Shown one piece after another: positions 39,901-49,028 of a DNA stretch of 64,000 nucleotides; the stretch's first letter is position 1, and every line of letters starts with the position of its first letter. The DNA is from a virus. The notes beneath the pieces were generated by a model, which saw only the letters and a program-made list of their open reading frames with translations, made no database searches and had not been told where the DNA came from. A program made the translations under genes and the position numbers. The DNA lies in the IMG/VR virus record IMGVR_UViG_3300029448_008324, positions 1 through 64,000 of that record; one strand, 5' to 3'.

Positions 39901-40431
39901 GCACCAGCAGGTGTAAGACGTGGTGCTATAGACAATGCTTCATCAGTTGGTTTTGTCAACTCAGAAGGTGAGTTCGAAACCACAGCAGTAGCAGAAGGTC
40001 TTAGAGATGCATTATACTCAGTAAACATCAACCCAATTTCATTTGTTACAGGTGCAGGATTAGTTGCATTTGGACAAAAGACAAGACAACTTACTGCTTC
40101 TGCACTAGACAGAATCAATGTTGCAAGACTTGTTGCGTTTACTAGATTACAATTAGATAAAATAGCAAGACCGTTTATCTTTGAGCCAAACGATGCACTT
40201 ACAAGAAATGAAATAAGACAAGCAATTGAATCATTCTTGTTAGAACTTACAGCTCAAAGAGCACTGTTTGACTTTGCTGTTGTTTGTGATGAAACCAACA
40301 ACACAGCGGCAAGAATAGACAGAAGCGAACTGTATGTTGATGTGGCAATTGAGCCAGTCAAAGCAGTTGAGTTTATCTTTATTCCAATCAGATTAAAGAA
40401 CACCGGAGAAATAGCAGCTTCAGGCCTTTAA
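36976..40431 (+). CDS. gp18: Tail sheath protein (gp18) with large insertion domains
   Basis: SPGVEVTVVDES, PWFAPAGVRRG, INPI, DRINVARL, FEPND and EPVKAVEFIFIP motifs. Confidence 0.93.
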   Translation: MALISPGVEVTVVDESFYVPGIPGAVPLVVVATEQDKTSGTGTGTASGTLSTNSNSIFLISSQRELTQTFGNPSFVTDASGTPIQGSELNEYGLQAAYSFLGIANRAFVIRANVDTAELSGSAGAPGGRPNDGFYWWDLASSSFGIKEWSEGTQSFTVKTPIFITSTDDVTGNAPKATKGSIGDYAVVATNPFNRLYYKTRSNTWVQVGSASSATKDASWSSSHPTIKGTATNPTLQDGSITINGNDVASLGQTVTDAAAAINAAGIAGVAAAAVDGKLEIYGIAQASGDDSSTAAVVSSIIIASLDDSTVNELTALGITAGRYNVPKLFIGQHTQDHGFRTADTLSRPSGSVFIQTTSPNGGADISLKKYSDTAGQFESVDAPVFITQEQALQQLDKSGGGKNLTTNDVFVQVNIGESEWDDSTQDSGEIVDYVAFQRAVGVGSTTQIVSNKIATKSAAVDNGDTIRMAETILDPDTTANTAANKLNTKTVTIGGDDADDFVAAISAAGFQHISAEYNATTKRITVSHALGGNIYFTDTSGTAMSDLGFNATFANAYGGNSDLTAEKIANLYVAPAGDKDDFSTSDDQTEANRTFAFLASNWTPVENTPDSGTTYTAIQSVNEPSKDPADNQLWYHTTVDEVDILIHNGTTWTGYQNVSSDARGFNLSSTDPKGPIISASEPTTQSDGTALVDGDIWVSTADLEEYPNLYRYDSSQPDGQNFVQIDNTDQTSQDGILFADFRFHSDGTKDVINEETLITDLLTSTYLDIDKPDPALYPKGMLGFNLRRSGYAVKKFRKNYFTRTNFASTTVYATLPTEKDAWVNASGLKTDGSPFMGRKAQRNVIVEAMKSTVESSTALREEQREFNLLACPGYPELITNLETLNADRKETAFVIGDTPFRLEPNSTAVTNYANNTAGAADNGEDGLLTTNGFTGVYYPSGFTTDLAGESVVVPASHMMLRTIAFNDQVAFPWFAPAGVRRGAIDNASSVGFVNSEGEFETTAVAEGLRDALYSVNINPISFVTGAGLVAFGQKTRQLTASALDRINVARLVAFTRLQLDKIARPFIFEPNDALTRNEIRQAIESFLLELTAQRALFDFAVVCDETNNTAARIDRSELYVDVAIEPVKAVEFIFIPIRLKNTGEIAASGL

Positions 40432-40491
40432 AGGTACAAGTTGAAAAAAGGAGAAACAAGTAGTAAATAACATTACTAGGAGAAAAATAAA

Positions 40492-41118
40492 ATGGCAGTA
40501 TCAACACTATCAAAATTTACAGTACCACTAGCAAGTGATCAATCATCAGCCTCACAAGGCTTATTGATGCCTAAATTACAGTATAGATTTAGAATCATAC
40601 TTGAGAACTTTGGTATATCAACTCCTAGATCAGAACTCACCAAACAAGTTGTTGACGTGACTCGTCCAAACTTAACATTTGATCAAATCACATTAGATGC
40701 TTACAACTCAAGAGTGTATATGGCAGGAAAACACACATGGGATCCTATCACACTTAATGTAAGAGACGATGTTAACAACGAAGTTACAAAACTAACAGGT
40801 GAGCAACTACAAAAACAATTTGACTTTTTTGAACAATCATCTGCCGCATCAGGACAAGACTACAAATTTACAGGTAGAATTGAAATGCTTGATGGTGGTA
40901 ATGGTGCTAACACTCCTACTGTGTTGGAAACCTATGAACTATATGGTTGTTATCTTGACAACGTGCAGTATGGCACACTTGCTTATGCAACATCAGAGCC
41001 TGTTCAGATTACAATGTCTATTAGATATGACAATGCAATCCAAACACCTAGAGGCACAGGCATAGGCACAGCAGTTGCAAGAACAATTTCAACAGCAGCT
41101 ACAGGCGGCGGTATCTAA
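40492..41118 (+). CDS. gp19: Tail tube protein (gp19-like)
   Basis: Follows the sheath; YRFR, AGKHTWDPI...DD and IRYDNA motifs. Confidence 0.85.
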   Translation: MAVSTLSKFTVPLASDQSSASQGLLMPKLQYRFRIILENFGISTPRSELTKQVVDVTRPNLTFDQITLDAYNSRVYMAGKHTWDPITLNVRDDVNNEVTKLTGEQLQKQFDFFEQSSAASGQDYKFTGRIEMLDGGNGANTPTVLETYELYGCYLDNVQYGTLAYATSEPVQITMSIRYDNAIQTPRGTGIGTAVARTISTAATGGGI

Positions 41119-41129
41119 TCAACTAACTG

Positions 41130-41594
41130 ATGCTTTTTAAGTTTGGCAACAACCAAACTCTTGTTTCACAAATTAATGAAATATTTTTGTCTCTTAAAAA
41201 ACAGAGAGGCGGTGTAAGTTCTGCCAAACCAAGACTTAAACTTGAATCAAGAGACTGTTTTGTATACACTGTGCATGACACACACATACACAATCAAATT
41301 AACGCTCTGCTAGGATGTGAACAATCATCCATACACGTGATGGAATATGGTGTAAATCAACACTTTCAATCATGGCACCAAGACAATTCTGGAAAAACAA
41401 ATGATCACAGAAAAGTATCAATGTCTTTGCTACTCAACAACAATTTTCAAGGTGGAGAACTTGAATTCGAAACACAATCTGCCAATCTAATAAATGTTGG
41501 CGACTATGTTATATTCGACAGTATGATGCGACACAGAGTGACCAAAGTTACCCAAGGCACTAGAAAGACTCTTGTGTGTTGGGGACACGCATAA
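41130..41594 (+). CDS. 2OG-Fe(II) oxygenase
   Basis: WHQD, RKVSMSLLLN, FQGGELEF and HRVTKVTQGTRKTLVCW motifs. Confidence 0.88.
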   Translation: MLFKFGNNQTLVSQINEIFLSLKKQRGGVSSAKPRLKLESRDCFVYTVHDTHIHNQINALLGCEQSSIHVMEYGVNQHFQSWHQDNSGKTNDHRKVSMSLLLNNNFQGGELEFETQSANLINVGDYVIFDSMMRHRVTKVTQGTRKTLVCWGHA

Positions 41595-41617
41595 TTTTAT
41601 CACCATAAATATTACAA

Positions 41618-43006
41618 ATGGTCTGGCGTAATAACTTTTTAAAACAATTGATTGGCGGAGACACCATGAAAGATTATCAGCATGCCGCCAGATTGTATAC
41701 AGACCAAACATTTAGACTAGCACCAAAAAATAGGTTTTTATATCATGTAGTATTTGATATCAATCCATTGGCAGTAGGCAAATCAATCAATCAAACAGAA
41801 CAACTTGAACTTGGCATGATTGTAAAACGCTGTGACTTGCCTTCATACAATTTCAATGTCGAACAAAAAAACAAATACAACTTCAAAACTTATGTGCAAA
41901 CAGGCATACAATATCAGCCAGTGTCTATTGTGTTGCATGATGACATGGGCGATGTTGCAACGGCATTTTGGAAGTCATATTATCAACATTATATTGTAGA
42001 CACTAATCAATCTGAAAGAGCATACAAAGCTGGTTACAATGATACTGGCGGAATGAAAAGATTTGGTCTTGACACAGGCAACAAAGAAAAGTTTTTTACT
42101 TCTATTTCTATTTTCCAATTAAGCAGAGGACTGTTTACAGAATATAAAATGATGAATCCAATTGTTAACGATTGGGCAAACGGATCAATGGACCAGGGAG
42201 ATGGTGCAGGAGTAAACGAACATGCATTTTCTATCTCCTATTCAGGCGTGTTGATGCGTAATGGTGAGATAGGTGTTGATCCGGCAGGCTTTGCACAGTT
42301 TCATTATGATAAAACTCCATCTCCAAATTCAACAGGAGGGGATAGTGTATTTGGTGTGCTTGGCGGTATAACAAAAACAGCAAGTCTGTTAGGATCAGGC
42401 AACATATTCGGAGCTGGCTTGTCAGCACTTAACACATATGAAAAAATAAAATCAGGTAGAGCAACAAGGGGACTTAACGAGGAAATCATAGGCATAGCCA
42501 AAGACGCCATAAAAGCAGGCACAAACAACATTGGCGCTACCTCTAAGCCTGGTGTATCTTTTCCAAAAAATTTAAAACAAAAAAGAGCAAACGACAAACA
42601 GACTGTCAAAGCAGTGGGCCAAACCATTGTGTCTGATGAAAACATATTGCTGAATTCAACACAAGCAAAAATTTATCTCGAAAATAATTTTGATGCAAAA
42701 CAAAAATTTGCAAAATTTACAAGTTTTAGAATTGATTCGAACTTAGACGTAAATGATGTAGACACTGAATGGAGTCAGTTGACTGAATCCGAACAAAATT
42801 CATATCTAAATAATGCTGGCAATATAATAGGAGTGCTTATCAACAGTGAGCAACTGAAGTATCAAGTGAATAGAAATGAATATCAAAAATTTGTAGAAGC
42901 TCCGCTTGCTGAACAAACAGTGGCCACAGTGAATCTTAACAATTCCGGTTCTGACAAAGGACTTTCAGCAAATACCTTGACAGGAGCAAAAGGTTACACA
43001 TACTAA
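41618..43006 (+). CDS. Tail-tube-fold baseplate protein (gp19/gp54 paralogue)
   Basis: DLPSYNF, YQPVSIVLHDD and FWKSYY motifs; TAAATA 6 nt upstream. Confidence 0.6.
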   Translation: MVWRNNFLKQLIGGDTMKDYQHAARLYTDQTFRLAPKNRFLYHVVFDINPLAVGKSINQTEQLELGMIVKRCDLPSYNFNVEQKNKYNFKTYVQTGIQYQPVSIVLHDDMGDVATAFWKSYYQHYIVDTNQSERAYKAGYNDTGGMKRFGLDTGNKEKFFTSISIFQLSRGLFTEYKMMNPIVNDWANGSMDQGDGAGVNEHAFSISYSGVLMRNGEIGVDPAGFAQFHYDKTPSPNSTGGDSVFGVLGGITKTASLLGSGNIFGAGLSALNTYEKIKSGRATRGLNEEIIGIAKDAIKAGTNNIGATSKPGVSFPKNLKQKRANDKQTVKAVGQTIVSDENILLNSTQAKIYLENNFDAKQKFAKFTSFRIDSNLDVNDVDTEWSQLTESEQNSYLNNAGNIIGVLINSEQLKYQVNRNEYQKFVEAPLAEQTVATVNLNNSGSDKGLSANTLTGAKGYTY

Positions 43007-43434
43007 TGGCTGAATACAGTGCAAACAACAGCAATGGGCAACTTGGTAATAGTTCTTCAGCAACCAGGACCCCTGTCAGCAATTTAGGTGTTGGAAGTTC
43101 TAACACTGAATCATTGGTCCAGTTTTTAAGCGGAATAGAAAGAGATCGCACAGAACTTAATGGAGCACAATATGATGCTGTGCAGGCATTTTTTAGTAAT
43201 AGAGGTTACGCCGTTGAGTCCAGTAAGTCAATTGCTTATGTGTTAATGAAACAAGCCAAAGTTGATGGAGCCAATGTTTTTGATGTTATAGACACATTGC
43301 AAGGATCAACTGATCTTGAACTTTCGCAACTGGTAGCAGAAATATTGAATGCCTACAGATATAAAACTTCAGTGTTAGGGTTTAAAAATGATAGAACCAC
43401 ACAGAGTCATGTCACAAGAAACATAAAGGCATAA
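43006..43434 (+). CDS. Hypothetical virion-module protein
   Basis: Translationally coupled ORF; ILNAYR.KTSVLG. Confidence 0.55.
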   Translation: MAEYSANNSNGQLGNSSSATRTPVSNLGVGSSNTESLVQFLSGIERDRTELNGAQYDAVQAFFSNRGYAVESSKSIAYVLMKQAKVDGANVFDVIDTLQGSTDLELSQLVAEILNAYRYKTSVLGFKNDRTTQSHVTRNIKA

Positions 43435-43857
43435 ATGAACCGTTGGTCCCAAGGATTGTTCCAACCAAAAAATACAAACAAATATGTTGGTAAAAAAACA
43501 CCAAAATATAGATCTTCTTGGGAGTTTGCATTTATGCGATTCTGCGACAACAATCCAGGAGTCATGCAATGGGCATCTGAATCAATACAAATTCCATACC
43601 GTAATCCTTTGAATGGTAAAAACACGATATATGTGCCTGATTTTTTTGTTGTGTATCAAGACAAGACAGGCAAAAGACAAGGTGAATTGATTGAAGTTAA
43701 ACCAAATAATCAAGCCAAACTAGAAAGTGTAGGCAAAAATAAACAAAATCAAGCCGCATACATTGTGAATCGAGCCAAATGGGAAGCTGCCAACAAATGG
43801 GCCAAAGGAAAAGGTATTCGGTTTAGGGTGATCACTGAGAGCGATATCTTTAAATAA
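43435..43857 (+). CDS. gp4: Head completion nuclease (gp4, TnsA-like)
   Basis: YRSSWE..FM..CD, WASE, YVPDF, IEVKP, N.AKW.AA and FRVITE motifs. Confidence 0.88.
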   Translation: MNRWSQGLFQPKNTNKYVGKKTPKYRSSWEFAFMRFCDNNPGVMQWASESIQIPYRNPLNGKNTIYVPDFFVVYQDKTGKRQGELIEVKPNNQAKLESVGKNKQNQAAYIVNRAKWEAANKWAKGKGIRFRVITESDIFK

Positions 43858-43861
43858 GATT

Positions 43862-44023
43862 ATGCCAGTGGAATACATACAACTTACACGCTTGCAAAAA
43901 CTAGAAATATTAGAAGCACAAGAAGTCACAAATGATAGAAGACAGGCTCGCAAGAAGAAACATGTAGCCAAACGCAAAGGGAGATTCGATTGCAGGACTG
44001 GGAGACCAGGCAAATCAAAATGA
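43862..44023 (+). CDS. Small basic protein (53 aa), not in the ORF track
   Basis: MPVEYIQLTRLQKLEIL...RQARKKKHVAKRKGRFDCRTGRPGKSK; TAAATA 5 nt upstream; ATGA overlap with the next gene. Confidence 0.55.
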   Translation: MPVEYIQLTRLQKLEILEAQEVTNDRRQARKKKHVAKRKGRFDCRTGRPGKSK

Positions 44024-44517
44024 CCAAAAAATTAGAAGATCTTTTCAACTTAGATGCAACTGAAGACACTGTAGAATCAATGAAAGATAAGATTGAACTT
44101 GAACAAGACTCAAAGGATGATAAACAAGCCAACGAAATGATACAACAAAAACTTGGACTAGACAAGATCGACGCAGCTTTACCACAAGTGGATGGACTGC
44201 AAGATGACAAAGAAATTGATTCATATGCAGAAGAATCCTTCAAAGCGTATCAAGATCTCATGGACTTAGGCATGAACATAGAGCCTAGATTAGCGGGTAG
44301 AATAATGGAGGTAGCATCTTCTATGATGGGCAATGCTATAAATGCCAAAAATTTAAAGGTTGATAAAAAACTTAAAATGATTGAATTACAACTTAAAAAA
44401 ATGAAACTGGATCAAAATTCAGGAGATGACGAAGCAGTCACCGGCACAGGCACTGTGGTTGCAGATCGCAATGAACTTATAAAACAGATACTTGCATCTA
44501 AGAACAAAACTAAATAA
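44020..44517 (+). CDS. Probable terminase small subunit
   Basis: MTKKLEDLFNL start; helical, DLMDLGMN and DRNEL; upstream of terL. Confidence 0.5.
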   Translation: MTKKLEDLFNLDATEDTVESMKDKIELEQDSKDDKQANEMIQQKLGLDKIDAALPQVDGLQDDKEIDSYAEESFKAYQDLMDLGMNIEPRLAGRIMEVASSMMGNAINAKNLKVDKKLKMIELQLKKMKLDQNSGDDEAVTGTGTVVADRNELIKQILASKNKTK

Positions 44518-44523
44518 TACACT

Positions 44524-45141
44524 ATGAAAACATTCAAAGAATATCTTGCAGAAGCAGTTAAAACTTACATGGCCCGCATCAAAGTTGCTGGCGAATTACC
44601 AGAAAATTTTGAAACAAATCTTAAAAATTACATGACAAAATACGAAACAGTTGAATTTAAAAAGGTTGCTTCAACACCAGTGCAAGAACATCCACATGAA
44701 TTTACAAGACTCAAGAATGTTGAAGTCAGCATATTTGACGTTGAAACAGAATACCCTGTTGGCTATCAGCAGTTAGAATCAGTGTTGCAAGACGCATTTG
44801 GCATTGCTGGCGATCATATTAGAGTGAAACATCCAACAGATCCAACAGAAATTAAGCCTGAAGAAAAAGAGTATGAGCCTAAACTGACAGACGCTGAATA
44901 CAAAGATGACACTGCGGCTGACAAGCCATTGTATGGTGACGAATACAACATGTCCATGTTTAAGGAACTTATGGCTGATCGCAAAACTCCTGATACGGAG
45001 TTTGACAATGAGGCAAACAAAGGCACTGGCGACATAATACAACCAAAAGAAGAATCTCCAAAAGATACATTTCACAAAGGCTTTGAACTGAAACAGTCAG
45101 ATGGTTATTCAGGTTCTTCACTTACCAACCACTCCAAATAA
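44524..45141 (+). CDS. Hypothetical protein with T4-like capsid-targeting N-terminus
   Basis: MKTFKEYLAE resembles the T4 internal-protein capsid targeting sequence. Confidence 0.6.
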   Translation: MKTFKEYLAEAVKTYMARIKVAGELPENFETNLKNYMTKYETVEFKKVASTPVQEHPHEFTRLKNVEVSIFDVETEYPVGYQQLESVLQDAFGIAGDHIRVKHPTDPTEIKPEEKEYEPKLTDAEYKDDTAADKPLYGDEYNMSMFKELMADRKTPDTEFDNEANKGTGDIIQPKEESPKDTFHKGFELKQSDGYSGSSLTNHSK

Positions 45142-45159
45142 TAATCCGTAAATACAAGT

Positions 45160-46740
45160 ATGGGACAGAGTCTTCAAGGTAATCTTACCAAAAAAGCACA
45201 CGCAAAAATAAAATTTACTGAACAGCAGATTCTTGAACTTAATAAATGCATGGATCCAAAAACAGGTCCTCTATACTTTTGCAAAAATTATTGTATGATT
45301 CAACATCCAACTAAAGGCTCGATGAAGTTTGAAATGTACAAATATCAAGAAGGATTAGTTGCAACATATCACGACAACAGGTTTGCAATTGCAATGTTAC
45401 CAAGACAAACAGGCAAAACAACTTGTGCCGCGGCATATCTTGTGTGGTATGCAATGTTTGTGCCTGATTCACAAATACTAATTGCCGCACATAAATTTAC
45501 AGGCGCACAAGATATTATGAATAGAGTGCGTTATACATATGAAGCACTGCCTGATTTTCTAAGAGCAGGTGCATATTCTTACAATAGAAACACACTTGAA
45601 TTCGACAACGGTTCAAGAATAAAAGCAACCACAACAACAGAAAACACAGGTAGAGGTATGTCTCTTTCTGTAATTTACTGTGATGAGTTTGCGTTTGTGC
45701 AACCGCCTAGCAAGGCATCTGAGTTTTGGACTTCATTGGCTCCAACACTGGCCACAGGTGGTAAGTGTATCATCACATCAACGCCCAACTCAGACGAAGA
45801 TCAGTTTGCACTGATATGGAAAGAAGCTAACAAACGCATGGACGATTATGGCAACGAATTGGCTGTGGGCAAAAACGGATTTGCTCCATTCAGAGCATCA
45901 TGGAGTGAACATCCTGAACGCACAGAAAAATGGGCACGTGAAGAAAGAGCAAGAATAGGAGAAGAAAGATTTAGACGTGAGCATGACTGCGAATTTTTGA
46001 TATATGACGAAACATTGATCAAAGCAACTAAATTGGCAGACTTACAAGGCGTCGAACCAATGGAAAGACACGGCCATGTGCGGTGGTATAAAAAGATTCA
46101 AAAAAGCAAAGCATACATTGTGTCACTAGATCCATCCATGGGCACAGGTGGCGACTATGGTGCCATTCAGGTGTATGAATTACCCACTATGACTCAGGTT
46201 GCTGAATGGCAACACAATTCAACACCTATACAAGGACAAGTCAGGATCTTGAAAACAATCATTGACAAAATTAGCGAAGACTTAAAAGCTGATGGCATTG
46301 TGCAACCTGAAATATATTATTCAATTGAAAACAACTCTATAGGAGAAGCAGGATTAGTTGCTATATCTGACATTGGTGAAGAAAACATTCCCGGACAGAT
46401 GTTGTCAGAAACCATTAAGAAAGGACATGTGCGTAGATTTAGAAAAGGTTACAACACCACACACAACTCCAAAATGAGTGCTTGTGCCAAACTTAAACAG
46501 ATGGTTGAAAACGATTCTATGGTAATACAATCCAAGAATCTTGTGTCAGAACTTAAAAATTTTGTGGCATCTGGCAATTCCTTCAAAGCAAAACCCGGTG
46601 AGCATGACGATCTTGTGATGTCCACCATACTTGCTGTGCGTATGGCGTCAACAATATCATCTTGGGACCAAAAATTGTTCGAAAGACTGCGTGATTCTGA
46701 GGAAGAACTGATCATGCCCATGCCTATTGTGATGTCATAA
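45160..46740 (+). CDS. gp17: Terminase large subunit (gp17)
   Basis: PRQTGKTT, YCDEFAFV, ITSTPN, DPSMGTGGD and HDDLVM motifs. Confidence 0.95.
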   Translation: MGQSLQGNLTKKAHAKIKFTEQQILELNKCMDPKTGPLYFCKNYCMIQHPTKGSMKFEMYKYQEGLVATYHDNRFAIAMLPRQTGKTTCAAAYLVWYAMFVPDSQILIAAHKFTGAQDIMNRVRYTYEALPDFLRAGAYSYNRNTLEFDNGSRIKATTTTENTGRGMSLSVIYCDEFAFVQPPSKASEFWTSLAPTLATGGKCIITSTPNSDEDQFALIWKEANKRMDDYGNELAVGKNGFAPFRASWSEHPERTEKWAREERARIGEERFRREHDCEFLIYDETLIKATKLADLQGVEPMERHGHVRWYKKIQKSKAYIVSLDPSMGTGGDYGAIQVYELPTMTQVAEWQHNSTPIQGQVRILKTIIDKISEDLKADGIVQPEIYYSIENNSIGEAGLVAISDIGEENIPGQMLSETIKKGHVRRFRKGYNTTHNSKMSACAKLKQMVENDSMVIQSKNLVSELKNFVASGNSFKAKPGEHDDLVMSTILAVRMASTISSWDQKLFERLRDSEEELIMPMPIVMS

Positions 46741-46748
46741 ATACTGTA

Positions 46749-48350
46749 ATGGACCTCAATCTAGTTTCCCAAGATCTATTTGATGAATTAAAATCACGAT
46801 ACAGTCACCTTACAATTGGTGATGAAGAAGCAATGACCACAACAGATCCACAAGTGGCACGTTTTTTCAAGTTTGATTGGAACAATAACGCTGTCAGCAT
46901 ATCAATTGACGAAGAAAATTTGCGTTTGGTATACAACAAAGATCTTGCAAATGAACTAGATGAAGAAGGACAACAGTCATGGTATGATTTTGCACGCACT
47001 ATGCGTGAATTTGCTGTGACCCATAATTTAGGATTCAAGCCACAAGACATTGAAAAAGTTGATTTAGAACAAGGAGACTTTGAATTCTTATCTCAAGTAA
47101 ATACAGTGAAGGAAAGCACAATGCACGGCACATCAAAATCATCTTACAACAAACTAGACAAAACCAAAATGATCATTCGTCACAGCAAAGCAGTAGACGA
47201 AAGCATTCCTGGAGCAAGATCAAGAAACATTGATTGCATATTCATTGAAAATGCACAAGGTGAGCGTTTCCGTTTTCCTTTCAACTATCTACATGGTGCA
47301 AGAGCCATGCAGATGCACGTGGCCAAAGGCGGCAATCCATATGATGGCATTGGTGAATCCATTGTAGAACAAGTGGCCAACATTGCTTTATTGAGAAAAT
47401 TCACATCATATGCCAACAAGATGAACATGGTCGACGAAAACACAGAACCATATCTCACAGGCGCTAATCAAAAAATTAAAGACACCAAAAAACTTTTAAC
47501 AAGATTACAAAACAACAACACTTATGAATCAGCCACTGAGGAACTTGAAAGTGGCAACAAACTGCACGAAGATGATGTGCAACCATTGGTAAAGTTGTTC
47601 ACCAAAGAAGTGTTTGATGAGGATTTGATCGAAGCATTCAAATTGTTGCCTGTTGTTGAATTTGATGACGAAGACAGCAAAGACAGAAAAGATATTATGA
47701 CGCAGGCATCAACAGCATCAAGATATGCTGAGTATGTTGACAACTGGGTGTCAGATCCAAAATCAACATTGATTCTTAAAAAAGATGATTCCTATGATGC
47801 ACTGCAAAACAATTTAAGATCACAACAAAAAGAGACTGATCTAAAATTAATGACCATACTGAGAGACATTGCTACAAGATTTATATCAGCAGATCCACAG
47901 GATGATTCTATTGTAAACTTTGCTTCAGACATGGAGTCACAGATTTCACAAGCAGGCGAATTGTTTGCCAAGCCAGATCCTGAAACAAAGAGATTGAAAG
48001 GCACTGCTATTAAATTGGCCAACAAGTATCTACAAGATATGAAACGTATTAAACAAGACGATGCCTACAAAGATGAAGTGAGAAAATCACCAGAGGACAT
48101 CAAAGCATTTAAAAACATCAAAGGCCAGGATGTAGCAAAAGGCAAACTTGCCAAACAATACAAAAGAAAATACAAAGATGAGTCCGAACAGTTCGAAGCA
48201 TGGGCAATAGCACAAACTGAAATGTTGGAGAGCACCCTAGATGAAGAAGACATTAAGCAGTCTGAATATCAAGATGCTTTTGCAAAACCACAGAAAAGTG
48301 CTGACACCAATAACATAATCAACCTCCATAGAAAATTAGCAGACATATAA
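46749..48350 (+). CDS. Hypothetical late protein
   Basis: RSRNIDCIFIENAQGERF...L.GARAM.MHV..GG.PYD; TAAATA 5 nt upstream. Confidence 0.6.
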   Translation: MDLNLVSQDLFDELKSRYSHLTIGDEEAMTTTDPQVARFFKFDWNNNAVSISIDEENLRLVYNKDLANELDEEGQQSWYDFARTMREFAVTHNLGFKPQDIEKVDLEQGDFEFLSQVNTVKESTMHGTSKSSYNKLDKTKMIIRHSKAVDESIPGARSRNIDCIFIENAQGERFRFPFNYLHGARAMQMHVAKGGNPYDGIGESIVEQVANIALLRKFTSYANKMNMVDENTEPYLTGANQKIKDTKKLLTRLQNNNTYESATEELESGNKLHEDDVQPLVKLFTKEVFDEDLIEAFKLLPVVEFDDEDSKDRKDIMTQASTASRYAEYVDNWVSDPKSTLILKKDDSYDALQNNLRSQQKETDLKLMTILRDIATRFISADPQDDSIVNFASDMESQISQAGELFAKPDPETKRLKGTAIKLANKYLQDMKRIKQDDAYKDEVRKSPEDIKAFKNIKGQDVAKGKLAKQYKRKYKDESEQFEAWAIAQTEMLESTLDEEDIKQSEYQDAFAKPQKSADTNNIINLHRKLADI

Positions 48351-48949
48351 TGAATTTAAATGAATTTTTCCACACACTTGATTTACAAGTTAACGAAGAG
48401 ATTCCATCAAGTGGAACATACATACACACACCGCAGAACTTGATTCTGAAACCAGATGGCGACAGCATATATGACGATGACAAAAATAATCCATCAGAGG
48501 TCAATGTATCAAAAATTGAAATTGGATTAGACAACGACGGCCCAGATAACATTTATCATTTTATGGGTGTGTATCATGATGCAGGCACTTGGGAACTTTA
48601 CACAGACAACGGTATTACAAGACAGTTAGCAGAATATTTTGGTGTTAGAGATGGCGACATTGACTGGTCAGAACAGGGCGAGCAACAAGAAGATATGATG
48701 CATTTTGACATAGCATCTGATCAAATTGCTGGACAACTAATCACATCAATGAACAAAAAGTTCACAGCTGAAAGTGGCATCATGTACAGGGCAGGAGTGA
48801 AAAAATACGGCAAAGAAGGCATGAGGAAAATACAAAGTGCCGCGGGCAAAGGTGCAAGTGCAGAAGAAATTGGTGCTATCAAAGATAAGCACAATAAGAA
48901 AAAAGTAAAAGAACTGGATGATCTATTAAGATTATCAGGCATAAAATAA
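48350..48949 (+). CDS. Hypothetical protein
   Basis: Coupled ORF; basic C-terminal KKYGKEGM domain and LLRLSGIK tail. Confidence 0.55.
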   Translation: MNLNEFFHTLDLQVNEEIPSSGTYIHTPQNLILKPDGDSIYDDDKNNPSEVNVSKIEIGLDNDGPDNIYHFMGVYHDAGTWELYTDNGITRQLAEYFGVRDGDIDWSEQGEQQEDMMHFDIASDQIAGQLITSMNKKFTAESGIMYRAGVKKYGKEGMRKIQSAAGKGASAEEIGAIKDKHNKKKVKELDDLLRLSGIK

Positions 48950-48952
48950 TTC

Positions 48953-48981
48953 TTGACAGAATAAACAAGTTTGTGTATTAT
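48953..48981 (+). promoter_or_regulatory. Sigma70-type promoter for SSB
   Basis: TTGACA-N17-TATTAT; SD AAGGAGG downstream. Confidence 0.75.
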
Positions 48982-49028
48982 ACAAACTACAGTGATACAC
49001 ACTAGGCAAACAAAAGGAGGCTTACATT

